A stretch of DNA of 64,000 nucleotides from the NCBI GenBank assembly GCA_905178155.1, contig CAJINV010000001.1:4754747-4818746 (forward strand), in the 5' to 3' direction. This DNA is from Amoebophrya sp. A120 (Eukaryota; Protista; Dinoflagellata). Made by a program: the position numbers and the translations under genes. The notes under the pieces are model-generated. The model was not told where the DNA came from. It worked only from the letters and a program-made list of their open reading frames with translations, and did not search any database. Positions 26,317-39,737 of this stretch are shown here, in pieces. The first letter of the stretch is position 1. The number at the start of each line of letters is the position of its first letter.

Positions 26317-29300
26317 ATGGCGCGTCGTCCGAGTTCGAACTTGATTCAGCCGCAAGGGGCCAATGCGGCGATTAGGCAGCAGCCCCCCGCTTCCGGCGTG
26401 CACCTGCCGCCACCGTACCGGCCGCGCCGCAGCATGCGGGATCTCAGCCCCTCTATCATGCACCGGTATTTAATATTAGTAGATGTTGAGCGTGAGCCTG
26501 ATAGTAAGTGTTCAAGGGATCATACTAGTAGTAGTTGTCTTGCAGTACTATCGCAGAACAAGCTGCAGTGTAGTTGTTGATGTGAATGCATGGGAATAAT
26601 TTTTTCGCCCGGACGAAATAAACGAGTGAAGTTCTTCTAGCTGAATGAAACTACGACCACAGGTACATGTACTCTTTCCAGTGTTTCATGGCACACCTTC
26701 GGCGGGTGCGGGACAATTTCTGGAAGTCCTGCTACCAGAAAATCTGCGCCATCGTGTATTTCTTCTCTTTCGGCTGGTGCTACAGCACCGACACGAGCTT
26801 TTCTACGAAATCTGCCGATCAAGACCGGAACAAAAGCGAGGTCAACAACACTGCGTCCAACGTCGCACCTGCTTCTCCTCCCGCTCCAACCGGCAAGAAT
26901 GTTAAAGCCGCTCGCGATAATTCCTGCGGCGCGCCGGACCAGAAAGAAGCCGGGGAAGAAGGTGAAGATGACGAACAGAGTGGCTATGTTCAAGATATTA
27001 ATGGTGCACCAGCACCGAGGCCGCAGGATCACGCCGAGATGAAACAGGCTACTTCGAAGATGATTCCGGTCAATTTTGCGGAGGATGTACTACACCTGCG
27101 GTACTACAATGACGTCGTGCAAGATTCAATTACTGGAGGTGTGCAAGACGACGGCCTGGTCGTTCTTGAGGACGGTCAGACGGTTGTTGTCCGAGCGGAG
27201 CCGGAGGACCAACCAGTAGAAATGGATCAAGATGAAATACGCAGCGTGCAACCGCTCATTACTAGTATGATGTCTTCCGTGACCACATCGACCCTCGGGA
27301 GGAAGACAGAAGAGGTATTATACTTGACTTTTGCATGTGCTTTCTTGTTCTGTCGTGTTGTAAGTATCTGTATGAAATGGCCCCCACTGAAGACAGATGG
27401 GGGAAAGATTCGGCTGAGTTCTACAGTGGTCAACTTGTGTACGTACTTACTGCTCTCGGGAGGCTCAACGAAATCGAAATATTATGCGACTTCTTCAAAA
27501 TGGCAAAAATAACAGGAGGACGAAGAGAATGATCGCGAAAATAAAGCTCTGGAAGAGTTGCGGCTTATGCGCGAGGAAATGGAAAGAATTCGGCAGCAAA
27601 GGGACATGCTTCTGCAGGAGAAATTTGCGCAAGAAGCGAGGGCGGTTGAAGGAACTGTATTTGTTTTTAAACTGAAAGTAGGCTACTGCTCTTCAGTGCG
27701 AAGCCCTTGCATTATACACGACCTAATATGAATGTCCAGGAGTTTTGAATTTGTGAATGAAGTTTTGACACAACTTCCCCCTGTTATTTTGTACACAATA
27801 TTCACTTTCTCAGGTTGAGGTCCAACCTTCGGCGTCTGGTCGTTCAGCAGAACCCGGTAGCCGGAATAAAGCATCGGCAAAGGAGGTGAATGATGAATCT
27901 GCGAAAGAGGCGCAGTCCACCCTCGTGTCAGGCAATAGCACCAAGGCCGCGTCTCGGAACGTATGGATTGCAAAAATGTCCGGGTCTGGAAGAATGAAAC
28001 GTGTGATGCTATTTTTGGAATCTAAAAAAATCTGTATTGCATGAGGAGCAAGAGGCGTCCAGTTTTTGCTCCGCGGAGAAGGCATTTGTCATGCGGGATA
28101 GGCATCAAGATACCTGCAAAAAATTTGTGATGCTGGGGCATACATCGTAGACATCACGGGTCATGCAAAATGTGCATGACAAACCTTGCAATCTTCCAGA
28201 CCCAGACATTTTTGCATTTGATAGAACGGGTCGGAAGACAACTGGTGCCCCGTTTCGCACAAGAAAAATAAGAAGAAACGCTCCTCGACGACGCAGGCCA
28301 ACACGTCGGAAATAAAGGGAGTCAATAGTGGGGGCCCCACCAGTACCACGACAACCGCTATTCAACATCGACAGAAAGCTGATGTGAAAGAGCAGGCAGA
28401 ACCTCCACGCGTCGACGAACGAAAACAGTCCCGAGATAGGATCGCCACCGCTTCGACAGTCGACTTTGCGATGACGGGACTGTCTAGTCTCGTTTCGAAA
28501 ATGTCCGGGATCCAGGAGAATGAATTACACGATGAAGACGGCGTCGATCAGCTTGAGACTGCAGCACCTACCTTGACGTCCACTTCATTTCAGGAGAGAA
28601 GGAAGACGAGTAGTTTCTCGCAAGTAGATCACGGGGGAACAATAATCGAAACTAGAACTACTGCGCCGAAAAATCGCGCTGAGAACAAGACGAAGATTGT
28701 CGTCGACCAGGTTTCTGTAGAAGTTCAGGATCCGATCCTGACCCCGCTTCACGTCGTGCCTTTGCCGCCGTATCCCGCGCCCCCTGGCCCGTGGGACGCT
28801 GACGCCGACCAAGAGGTGTTGTGCGCTGGCGAGGAGCATCAACCAGCAGGGCCACCACCTATGCTTTTTCCGCCGCCCAAAGCCTCTTTCGACGAGAGCT
28901 ACGTGATCCCGCGCCTGGATTCCGACGCGGGTGTCGACGAGCACTGCTCTCATCTGCAGCTGCTTTCGCAGTCGACCACCGGAGGTGGGGACCTGCTCCA
29001 CGTGGAGCATCAGAGGAAGAAGAGTGCAACGGATGTTTTCTCGCCGACCAGCACCACGGACCGGGACGCAGACTGCTCGATCGATCGGCCCGCCGCAGCC
29101 AGCACCCCCTCCCCGGTCGCGTCCACGCAGCGGATGGATGCTACACCGTGCGTCTTGCCGCTCGACGGCGTCGAAGACGAGGGAAGTCAGTCGCTAGGTG
29201 TTGAACAATCCTCGGCAGTTGTGCGGAGCGCAGCCACCGCGAAACTTTCTCCTGCGCCGACTTGTTCCGTTGGTCAGCAGGTTAACAGCGCGCTTGCCCC

Positions 29301-31412
29301 AATTAAGCCCCCACCTGTGGCCCCGCCACCGCCACCGCCCGCTGTTTTGCCACCTGCTGCGCCTGTTTTGGGGGCGGACAGTACTCAAGGTTGTAGTAAG
29401 GGAGGACATCAGGCAGTTCCACCCGGAGATCATGCGGCCAAAAACGGTGATAGTGAAGATCTTTCGTTCACAGCAGCGTCGCAAGCTGCATGTAAACAGG
29501 GTCCTCGTTTGGTTCTGCCGCTTGGTTCGAAGAAAACGGAAGTGGACGTGACGCCCATCTGGGCGGACGATAGCACCCCACGAAACAGTACCCCCGGCGG
29601 GGTTGGAAACACTCCGAGGGAGGGGGCTTCAACATCTGCAGTGCCTCAGCACGACGGTGCTGTTGAGAACACGAATAAACAGAAGCATTTGAAGATGATG
29701 GTGGATGAGAACTACAATGCTCCGCAACAAAGTAAACAGCAACAATCGGATAATTGTTCCGTAGAACAGAGTAATAGCAGGCAACAAGCTGTGGAGCACC
29801 ACCACGCCGCATTCGATTTCCTGGACCACCAGGCCCCGGGGTCGGCCGTTGCCGACAAGCATATCGACGTCGCCCACGTCAAAGAGGTTCTGGTGGTAAA
29901 CAACGTCGGCCAGGAGCAGCAGAAGCAGGTCGTCGTGAGCGCCGAGGGTCGTGAGATGAACCAGCAACAGAATAGTAACATGTTGGAGCCGATGAAAGAC
30001 CGTTCGGTCTTGACACACACACCCAGCCGGGCAACGAGCACGGGAACCTCAATCTTGCATCTACTTCAGGCTTCGGAGGACGAAATTGAGGAGAATCTTC
30101 ACATTACAACCGGAGAAGTAGACCACATCAAAAGCTCTGCATCTTCCAGTAGCAGCTGTCGTTCCTCTGGTAAAAGAGGCCGAAATAAACGGAAGCCGAA
30201 CAGGAACAGTGACGCGAAGCAACGCACAACCTCCAGGGCTGATGGAAGAAAGGAAAGTGAGGCAAAGACCTTCACTTCAACGGACAAGCACGACAAAGAA
30301 GGATCCTCATTGAAAATAAGCCACGACCAAAAGACCACCTCCGCAAGAGAAGCTGGTGTCGCGACACCGGCGCGGTTTTCGGAAATGCCGGAATTCGTGC
30401 CGGGATTGGGCGTAGTCACGCCTGTCAGCTCGACCAAGCAGACAGCCACGCCGCAGTCGGGGTCTGGTGGTCAACAGTCCTCCTCGCAGCTGGGCAGTAC
30501 GATCATGCAGAAGACCTTGTCCTTGAGTAGCGCACTGGGTTCCTCTACTAATTCGTCAGGCCCCAGTACCCATGCCCATCAGCCGCACAGCGGACCGACG
30601 ATGATCAACAAGGCGAATAAAGCCAAGGGCGGCGCTGCTGGTACTACTTGTTCTGTAAACGAGCCTCGGAAGCTGAGTTTGGTGCAGAGTCTGGACATGT
30701 CGGGCTTGGATACAGGCGCGGACCGCAAGGCTTCGTTGTCCTTGCGAAAGCGAACAGCGGGACAGTTTTCCTCCACCTCCGGACCCTTATCCGGCCTCGC
30801 GGAAGAGCTACCCCTAGATTCGCAAACCTACCCGTCCGGCTTGGCGGCCCTACAGTCCTCCCTGTCTTCGAGTGGTCACCAGGGAATGGCTGCAGTTCAT
30901 CGCGGTGGAGGTTCAGGTTCTCGGGGGGGCAACCAGCGGTTGTTGTCTTTGGACAAAATGATTCAACTGCCACCAGGGTCGTCGTCTTCGTCGTTGCAGC
31001 AACCTTCTGGAGGTGCTGGTGCTACGCAAGGCCGCAAAACTGCTGTCGTGCCGCAGCAACAATATCAACCGGGTAGTAGTATTAAGGTGTCCACCACCCG
31101 CGGCGGCCAAGCCCAAGTGTCTTCAAAGGTGCAGGCATCAAGTGGCTCGAGAACGATTGCCAAGCCGGTTGTTGAGGTGGAGAAGAAATGCAACCAGGAG
31201 GAGTACAAGATGAGCGTGAGCGATTACCTGAACGGCGGCAGCGATGTCCTGCCCATCTTGCGCTCCGTGTCATCCAAAACTAATTACGGCGCTTTCGCCG
31301 AAAACGCGGGAGCCGCAGGAGCCCCTGGTCTGGCTTCGACGCAAGAAAATAAAGTTGCAACCAGCGCAGCTTCGGGGCAGAAACGTGAAATTCTAGAGCA
31401 GCCGACTACGGG

Positions 31413-31444
<32 letters not shown>

Positions 31445-34400
31445 CGAATATTAAGACCGCTGCGAGTTGTGCTGGCACTGCAGCCGGAAAGAAAAAAGCC
31501 ACGCGGAAACAGTCTCCGAAGGGTTCGCCGGCGCTGCGCCCCACAACCAAAGGGTCGAAAAGAAAGGGTCCAGCAGTCCAGGACGTTCTTCCACAACTGC
31601 AACAGCAAGATCATAGCACTTCTCGGGCCGCCATGAGCCGGGCGGAACAGGAGCACCAGTATTACTTGCGCCAGCTGATGCAGCACGAAGCGACGAAACA
31701 AGAGATTGCCCGGGCCGCTTCCGCCCATGGCGGCTCGGCGAGCAGCGTGCGTGGGATGAGCAACGCGGGCTCCTCCGGGAGGTCCGGGACCGGTTCGCAG
31801 CACACCCGAGGGTCTGGTGGTCACCTGGTGGCCTCGCCGCAGTCTCACGTGTTGCGCGAATACATGTCGCAAACGGGGAAGGGAGCCAGCAGCGCTTCGG
31901 CAAATACGAAGACCGCTAGTACAACTTCGAACAACCGGATGAACATCAAAGGGTCAGCTATTGAATTCGACGAGATAAAAATGGCCTACGAGCAGGAAAA
32001 TGGATCCTATGTGGGCGGGACGAGAAGTAGCAAAACGGGTCGTGGTAGCTCTACTGCGCTCGCTGGTCCTCCTGCTGCAGCTGCCAGTTTTCTGCACTAC
32101 AAGGATAGTTTCGAGTACCCGGAGGCTGCTATTTCTACCGGGGGTCGGAGAAAAGAAGGGTACAACTACAGCAGCGCCATCAATAACGGTAGTTCCGCGA
32201 CGAGCGATGTGTACCACGGCACTGCGACTGCAGCAGGCCCGAGTGCTTCTGCGGATGAACAGCTTCATCCTAGTCGCGGCAATGTCGCCCAGGCGGCCGC
32301 CAGGACCACTGCTCACAACGCACATAAAAGTCATCCGACGGAGGAATCAATAAGGGATGAGCTAACTCGGGCTCTGTATGGCGATCAGGGTGGTCGTTGC
32401 TTCGGTCGTCCGCTCAGTAGCACATCTGAAGAGCCACGCGGGTCGCACTGTTCGTCTGGGCTTAGCTCTTTGCACGAGCTGGCCGCTGCACGCGCCCCCA
32501 ACGGCTGGCACGATCTGGACGAGGAAGTCGCGGCAGACAGCAGCCTGATGCCTGCAGTTCCGCAGCAGCAGCAGCGGAAAACTGCGAAAGCTTCTGCCGT
32601 GAGCAGGACCAACATGCAGCATCCACCTCGCGCATCGCCACAAAGAAGGCCGGTAGGAGCAGTAGAGGGTGGTCAAGCTCAAGGGCAACAGCAGCTCCAG
32701 CAGCAACACAATTATCGCGGCAATCACCATACTGGGGCCGCTCCTGCTGGTGCGGGGACGAGGCAGCACGTGAGTATGCCGTACGACAAACGAATGGGCG
32801 GGGCCTCGTGGGGACACTACGTAGGGAACGAGCGGGGCGGGCACGAGTACGATCATGACGACGAAGATCGAGACTTCTACGACGAGAACTTCAGCAACAC
32901 GTCTATCACCGATCCGCGCGCCGACCACGGTCGTCAGACGTACCGACACAACTACCCCGACCATTTTATCAAAAGGAAAAATCCCCCCTCCCCATATCAA
33001 AACGAAATTTCTGATGCTGGATTTGAGTACACAAATCAGCTTTGTATTGCAGGAAAGCATTGCAGTCAGGTCCCCAGGCTAGGTAGGGGCGTATGCGTCT
33101 AGTTGTTCAGCTTGGCAAGCGGCTCCCCTTTAGGCCCAACAGCATGACAAATCGCCTCCATAATGGGGCGAAAGCTTCTGCCCTTGCCTTCTTGCAAAAC
33201 AAATGTGATTTGTGACCTCAAATCAGCAACGCAAATTTTCGGAAACATGCCTTTTCAATATGGGGAGGGGGGATTTTTCCTCTCAATACATTTACAATTT
33301 TACGGACAGCAGCGGACTGGACAGCAGTACAACGCGGGTCAGCAACATCAATACCAGGCGGTCGAGGCACAGCAGCGGGGGGCCGTTGGCAACCAGCACG
33401 GAAATAGAGCACCAGCTGTAGCCAGAGGCGCGGTCGGCGCGGTGGCGCAGCAGCGTGGAGCAGCGCTGCCCGGCGGCGCACGGAGCGGCCAGCAGCCGCG
33501 TGCCTCGTATAATTCATCAAAGGCTCCTGTCAATAATGCGAGCGTGACTTCTGCAGCAGCCGAGTCTGGTGCGGGTGGTTCCGGCGACGCACGCGGAGGA
33601 GCAAATGGCAGAGCGCCACCGCGGCCAAGCCCGACAAACATCTACCAGTGCTTTTCCCCGCGAGGCGAAGACAGTGCGGCGACGACTGGCTTTTTCACCC
33701 ACTACCGTCCCCCCGTTACGTCGACCCAGGCAAAAAGCAGTAGGGGAATGAATTATGTCGACCCGGCTCCGTCCAGGCAGGGGAATACTTCTAAACAGTT
33801 TCCAGTACCGTCACCCAATCAGAGACCGAAGGGGAGTCCTCCCACTGCTGCACACCAGGGCGGAAGGAACGGCTTGCACGGTATTTTTGAGTTTCATCAT
33901 GTCCTCCCGATGACGTTTGTTTCTATCTTCTGCAAGATGAATCAATCTTTGCTTGTATGGCGCGCGCAAAGTTGCTTTTTGAAAAGTACTAGAATTTTTT
34001 TTTTGCAAGCGCTTCAGTGCTCAAGCCTAGCTAATATCACTAGCTAATTCTAAATATGCATGAGAAGTTCAGCGCGAATAAGTGCAAAAGCACGTCGGCG
34101 CCGAGAGGTAAGTAGGCTGGTACTCTTCGAGGCTCTGGCCCACGGATCTGTCCAGGGCGGTCCCGTCGCCAAGCCTTGCTGAGGGTCTTCTACTCGGAGC
34201 TGTGGCTAGGTGTACGGTCCCAAAACGACGAAAACCGCGGGGAGCTTACCAACCTCCGATACCTGGTTCCGAACATCCAGCCAGATCTTGACTCTGGCGC
34301 ACGATGGCGCTACCTACACTGCGACGGCGCATTAGCTGTCGCACATGGGAAAAAAACCTCTGCGAATCTATTGTGAAACTTCGCCCGAGTTTGCACCCCT

Positions 34401-36594
34401 CCGCAGATGCCAACTGATCGGCCTCTTCGGGAGGGGTAGTTACATCGGGATTGGCGATTTTTTGGGGGGGTGTTTCGTAGGCCATTTTGCCGGCAACTTC
34501 GAAGCCCCTTTGGGGGGCCTCGTGTTGGGGAAGGCCTGCGTGCCGGTTGCTCTTTTCGCTGCGGTCCACAACAGGTGGTCTCCGCACTTGCGTATTGCGA
34601 AGTCATTCGCAAACTCGTACTAGACGCCGAACATCATGAGATGGCCGCTCTACTGTTTCAACCCGAGTAGATGACTTTGCGCGCAACCAGAAACATGTCC
34701 GCGCTCCCCACGACGTCCCGATAGCGTTCAGGACAGATCCGTGGACCAGCCCCCCTTCGTGGAAGACGACTTTACTACCTCTGAATTAGACACCTTGCTA
34801 TGCATGCAAAACTCCATCTAGTATAATTAGCTAACTCTATCTAGTCTAATATAGCTAGTTGCCGACGTACCATGCAAACATTAAAAAAGAAATTCTAGTA
34901 CTTTTAAAAACGCAACTTTGCGCGCGCCATAGCTTGCTGGTGTTTGACTTTTGAAAACTGGAATTGGAAAATTCAATCGCATTTCAGGTTCCGCAGCAGG
35001 AGGTGCTTTCGGAAAACAGATTCAATCCAAGCAGATGAGCTCGGTGGTATCTCGTCAGGAGCAGCACCAACCAGTAAAGCTTGCTCAGGGTGGTCCTGGT
35101 CGCGGTGTCAATGTGCCTGAACAATTTGCAACATCACAGCAACACCAACAGTATAATGATCTGGCATCATTGGGCCGCAAGCCCTACGAAGATCCGGAAA
35201 ATGTTTCCTACAGCCTCTCCCAACTGAGGCAACAAGTGGACGACTTACTGCAAGACTATTCGCAACTGGAGAATAAGAGCAGTGGGAAGAACAATCGCAG
35301 CACGACCGCCGCAATTTCGGTTGAACAACGCCCAATGCAACAACATCAACAGCAGGCTGTTCCGTCAGGGCGTTTATCGTCACAAGGAGCCGATAAAAAG
35401 GTAAATGTTCTACTGTCACCAGGTGAAGACCATTCTGCAACGAAAATAGAGGAAAACGAAAGCTGCCTGGCAACCCCGAGCGCAGCAGCCCTGCGGCAGT
35501 TGATGACCAAGCTAAATCTGGCACGTGGGGGATCCTCTCACGGGTCTCCGCCGCTACGTCCCGATGGATCGGGTTCTTGCGAAGAATTCGCGACGACAAA
35601 CAAAACTTTTTCCAAGAACACAGTGGAACAGCGTGGTCCCCCAACGACGTCTCAGCAAAAGTTTGAATCGCCTCCTCATCTCCCTGCTACCTCTGAACAG
35701 CTGGAGGCTTTCAAGATCATGTCGACTGGCGCTAGGTCTTCATCTCCAGTAGACCATGACACGGACACAAGGAACCGCGGGCACTCCTACAGCAGCACTG
35801 GCGTCGGTACGGGCGTGAGCGCGACGGACAGCACGACGGGGCGCACCCCCTCGACTGTGGCCGCGCACCAGCCGTCTTCTTCCTCGGGGGCTTTGATGTG
35901 TACTACCAACTCTTCCGTTACAAACTACCCGGCTGGTGTGGTCGGGCCCACGACTACACGGGAGCCAAGCAGTCTCCGCTCGTGGATCGACCGCGACTGG
36001 AGCCGAAAGAGCTTTGATAACAACACGAACTGGCGCGGAAGTGGCACTACTAGCCAGGCAGTTCCCCGGACCAGCAGCGGTAGCTCTTCGCATGGAGGTC
36101 CGCCGGGCGGCGCCGTCTCGTCTTCTCTTTCGGCCGGTGAGATAAAACCAGGGACGATGGCTGCTGGTTTTATGGCTGCTCTGCAAGAGCAGCAGCAGGC
36201 AAAGGCTTTAGTGGCGGAAAACAATGCGGCTTTGCACAAGAGCGCCGCTGCTGTTGTCCGTACGTCGCCCTCTGCGACAGTAGCAGAAAGTGTTGGTGTA
36301 CAACTTCCCGCTAGTGGTTCTTCTTCTTCGGGCGCAAAGTTTTGCAAGCTGCAGGCGCAGCAACCGGTGAGCAGCATCAAGCCACCGCCGACTGCTGAGG
36401 CATATGGAGCTGTGGTTGCTTCCGGGCTGCAGCTAGCCTTCACAAAAGCTGCACCGTTGTCGATCGGCGATGAGCTGCGTCAGAGCAGTGTTGATACGTC
36501 GCATGCTGGGTTGGCTCGCCAAAGCGACAGCACAGAAACTTCCGGCGGGTACTTCGATCAGCTGCAAAGCGAGCTGGACAGTGCAATGGCCTGA
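26317..36594 (+). CDS. Very large low-complexity (Ser/Gln/Ala/Gly-rich) hypothetical protein
   Basis: ATG 26317; GT-AG introns 26466-26662, 27315-27515, 27645-27813, 33881-34987 and introners 27962-28223 and 32967-33288 join ORFs 26290, 26667, 28384, 33163 and 34951 in frame; short coiled-coil-like exon at 27516-27644. Confidence 0.7.
27962..28223. mobile_element. Introner family A (262 bp), TSD GAACG
   Basis: TIR present; join reads ASRN|GSED in frame with ORF 28384. Confidence 0.95.
31414..31443 (+). repeat. (CAG)10 microsatellite encoding polyQ
   Basis: Pure CAG run inside ORF 28384. Confidence 0.9.
32967..33288. mobile_element. Introner family B (322 bp), TSD CATTT
   Basis: Left end matches that of 349-669 (TATCAAAAGGAAAAATCCCCCCTCCCCATATC); join reads YPDH|LQFY. 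Confidence 0.95.
33956..34931. mobile_element. 976-bp non-autonomous TIR element inside a canonical intron, TSD GCTTG
   Basis: TATGGCGCGCGCAAAGTTGC..AAAAGTACTAGAATTT / AAATTCTAGTACTTTT..GCAACTTTGCGCGCGCCATA; GCTTG at 33951-33955 and 34932-34936. Confidence 0.9.
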
Positions 36595-38165
36595 TAGGAT
36601 TTTGGAGCTTCTCTCGTTCAGATGGAAACGATGATGTCATGCTGCTTTGGATCACGCCAGAGTGAGATCTGAGGCCTGATTTGTGCTAGATTGAATGTTT
36701 TGTGGAGGTCCTACCGTGATGATGTTGCTGTGTCCCTAACTGAGTCTAGAAATAAGCTATCACCTCCGCAAGCACGATAGAAGTAGAAAGCCGGCGGTGC
36801 GTGCTGCTTCACCCAAGCGTGACAGCCACCCGCTCGTAGCTCTATTTCTTGAAAACTGTGCTGGCGTAATAGTGGCCACGACGCAGAATTTGCTGCTAAA
36901 CTATGTTTCTCGTCATCTTATATTCACATATTCCTGAATGATAAATTTGTTCTTGGAATTATGTCCTTGAGAAAGAGCAATATTTCTTCTGGGTCACTAC
37001 ATCTATAAGGAACACAGTACTCTAGATTAGAAAGCGGCGCTCAACATCAAACTGGGGACAATGGATAGTGGGTCCTTGCCTCCATGATATCATCGGCACG
37101 GCATCATGATCTCTCTACTTACGTACGGCTACGGCACCATGCGCTGTGCGATCTGAACCTGAAGCAGATCTTTACCCCATATCGAGCCGATGAAGTGGAT
37201 TCCAAGATACTAGATTCACCCCCAAGATTGGTCCTGCTTTACTTGGAAAGGTATTCATCTCGATTTGGAGAAGTAGCAAACGGAGACAACTTCGAACAAA
37301 TTTTGCATGGGGACCATCAGATGTTGAAAGAGCATCTGTTCAGGTTTCGAAGCATGAAACGCAACCATAGACAGCACATGAATAATATCAGCATGTGCTA
37401 GTAGTACTTGCAACTGCAGGTGCCTCTCTCCCCACAGGTGGACACCGGCAAATGCTTGGCAAATTTGAAGCCTACTGCGAATGTAAGATTGTTGAACTTA
37501 CACTCGACAGTCACCGACGTGCAAACGCTCTGGTAGGAATCTTGTAGTCGATGTGCAGCACGAGTTGCTACTTTCATTTTGGGATATGAAACAAACCGGG
37601 AAAATTCGCATGTTGCAACATTTTCATTGTAAAAAAAAACCTGTGCTCAGTTCTACTGTCAGTTTCTTCCCTAGAAACGGAGCACAAACTGTTTCCATGA
37701 TAGTTACACCCTGATTCTGTGATCTCCGACTTCCCCCGTTGTAAAAAAGAAATTTTATCTCGTACATTTAGTTACCTCCCCGGCAACATGGTTTGATGTA
37801 AACCGCCTTGTCATCAAGGCGCTCAGGCTTGCAATCCACGTTGGTTCCGGATGAAGTCCACGCGACGATCGTAGCTCTGATTCCTCGAGCAAAAAAATCC
37901 ACTCTGCCAACAAAACTGCAACTTAAACAAAGATAAATTCGTTTGCAACAAAAGTAAAAAATAATGACACCAGATTTCAATAGGCCTAAATAAACTAGAT
38001 ATGGAATCAGTATCGTCAATGCAAATTTGATGCAAAACCAAAAATGCTGACCATCACGCAAAAAACGCCGAAAAGAAATCGCAAACGCTTTTCTCTAAAA
38101 CGACGTGTGTCCTTGGGTGAACAAATCACCTGCTTATGCATGCTTTATTTTTCGTTGGCTCTTTA

Positions 38166-39737
38166 GAGGCCATACGATTAATGGGCCCCCTTTTCGATAC
38201 CGAAAAGGGGGGGGTAGGTGCGATCGGTCATCTGGCCGTGTCCAAACATGGCCGCTTCCCTCCGGACCCGACCAATTTTCGGACTTCAAAAGCCAAAATG
38301 TGGCTCCGTAGCTCCCCCACCCCGAAATAAATTTTTGTTTTATTTGCTGACTGCGGTTCTTTCTCAGCTTTCATCTCCTCTGTTGGTTGCGGTTTCTGCG
38401 GTGTGGTTAGAACAGGACCTAGTACACAACGCAATTTTTGTAGGGCGCGCGCTGCGCGCGCGCGGGTCGGCATATGCGTATGGCAGCAAAAAAAGCTTCG
38501 CGGGGCGCGCGATGCCCCAGCGCAAACTGAAGAAAAAAATCGCGGCGCGCGCTACGTGCCGCGCAGCGGAGCACATGCTGCTTATGTGGCTACATGCCGG
38601 CGCGTTGCAACAAAACATCTGCAAGCGAGCTGTAACGAATGAAGAAAGAAGAAGTCGCAGCAAAACATACAAAGTTTAGATCGTGAAACCGCAGTAGTGA
38701 AGGAGATAGTGACAAACTTTAGAAAATAGACGGCCCGCCCCCACACCCTTTTTTCCGAGGAGGGCAGGCCGCGTTTGAATTGATGGCGTCATCGACTCCG
38801 CGCCTGCGTTGTTTTTGTGCAGTAGAGCTACTTTGCAGCGAATGCACAACCAAGCGCCGCCCTGAAGTAGAAGAAAAGAAAGAACCAAGGGGAATCGCAA
38901 CAACAGTAAAAACTGCCCGCAGCGTTTCGGAAGCCGCCGCGGCACAAAAAGGGCGAAAGCAATTATAGCGAAAAAAACGCGCCTCCGCTTTTTCCGAGGA
39001 GGCCACACGGGCTGAGTTTGATTTTGAAAAGGCAGTCGCTTTGCCGCGTCAAGAAAGGAAAAGGATATCTGCCTCGCAGTAATTTGCCACGCTGAACTGG
39101 GCTCCGAGGACATATCGGCCTCAGTGGTTGCAGTGGCCATCTCAACTCCTCCACATTTAGGAAGTAGTGCGGTGGTGGCCGCTTCAACAGCCCGAGGGCT
39201 CGCGCAGTTCTGCGTCACATATTTCGCCCTGCTTCTGATCTACTGCGCAGCACCTACAACTGCGTTCTTCTGTGCAGTAGAGCTACGTCGCAGCTGTACT
39301 GTGCCCAAGCTACTGCGACATAGCTCTCTTTTTGGGCTTTACTTTGAGAAACGGCGGTGGGATTCTTTTCCGAAACATAGAGCGCATTTGTTGCACTTTC
39401 TTCCATTGTGGCGAGCGACACACTACCTGGAGCCGCTCTTGTTAAGAAAAAACGAAAGTCAAGTGAAGACTTACACCACAGCACTGGCGGTGTGTGCTTC
39501 GCCTGCTGCCGTGAGCCTTGTAAGTGTAAGAAAGCGCCGCCTGTGGCGGTGTTTTTCAGAAAAGCAGCGAAAGGCGTGAGACACGCCGTACCGCCGGGAT
39601 TCAGAGTCGCGATAGGCTTCGCGATAAACGGCCCCCGGATTTCGAAAAGGGGGGCGTAGGGGGGTAAGCTCGGTCAGATTCGCGCTTCTGCCCCCCTTTT
39701 CGGTATCGAAAAGGGGGTCGATTAATCGTACAGCCTC
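38166..39737. mobile_element. ~1.57-kb non-autonomous TIR transposon, possibly Kolobok-like
   Basis: GAGGCCATACGATTAATGGGCCCCCTTTTCGATACCGAAAAGGGGG with inverse CCCCCTTTTCGGTATCGAAAAGGGGGTCGATTAATCGTACAGCCTC; flanks TTTA / TTAA; no recognisable ORF. Confidence 0.75.

Noticed and set aside
30361-30408. PAM2-like motif (FSEMPEFVPG)
   Set aside because: Only the EFVP half matches; the LNxxA half is missing.
32963-33289. AT...AC ends suggesting a U12 intron
   Set aside because: They arise from one possible register in TSD CATTT; there is no ATATCCTT donor, and sister copies have other ends.
38291-38308. Partial reverse-strand match to the dinoflagellate spliced leader
   Set aside because: Only 10 contiguous matches plus an indel, inside a transposon and not at a gene start.
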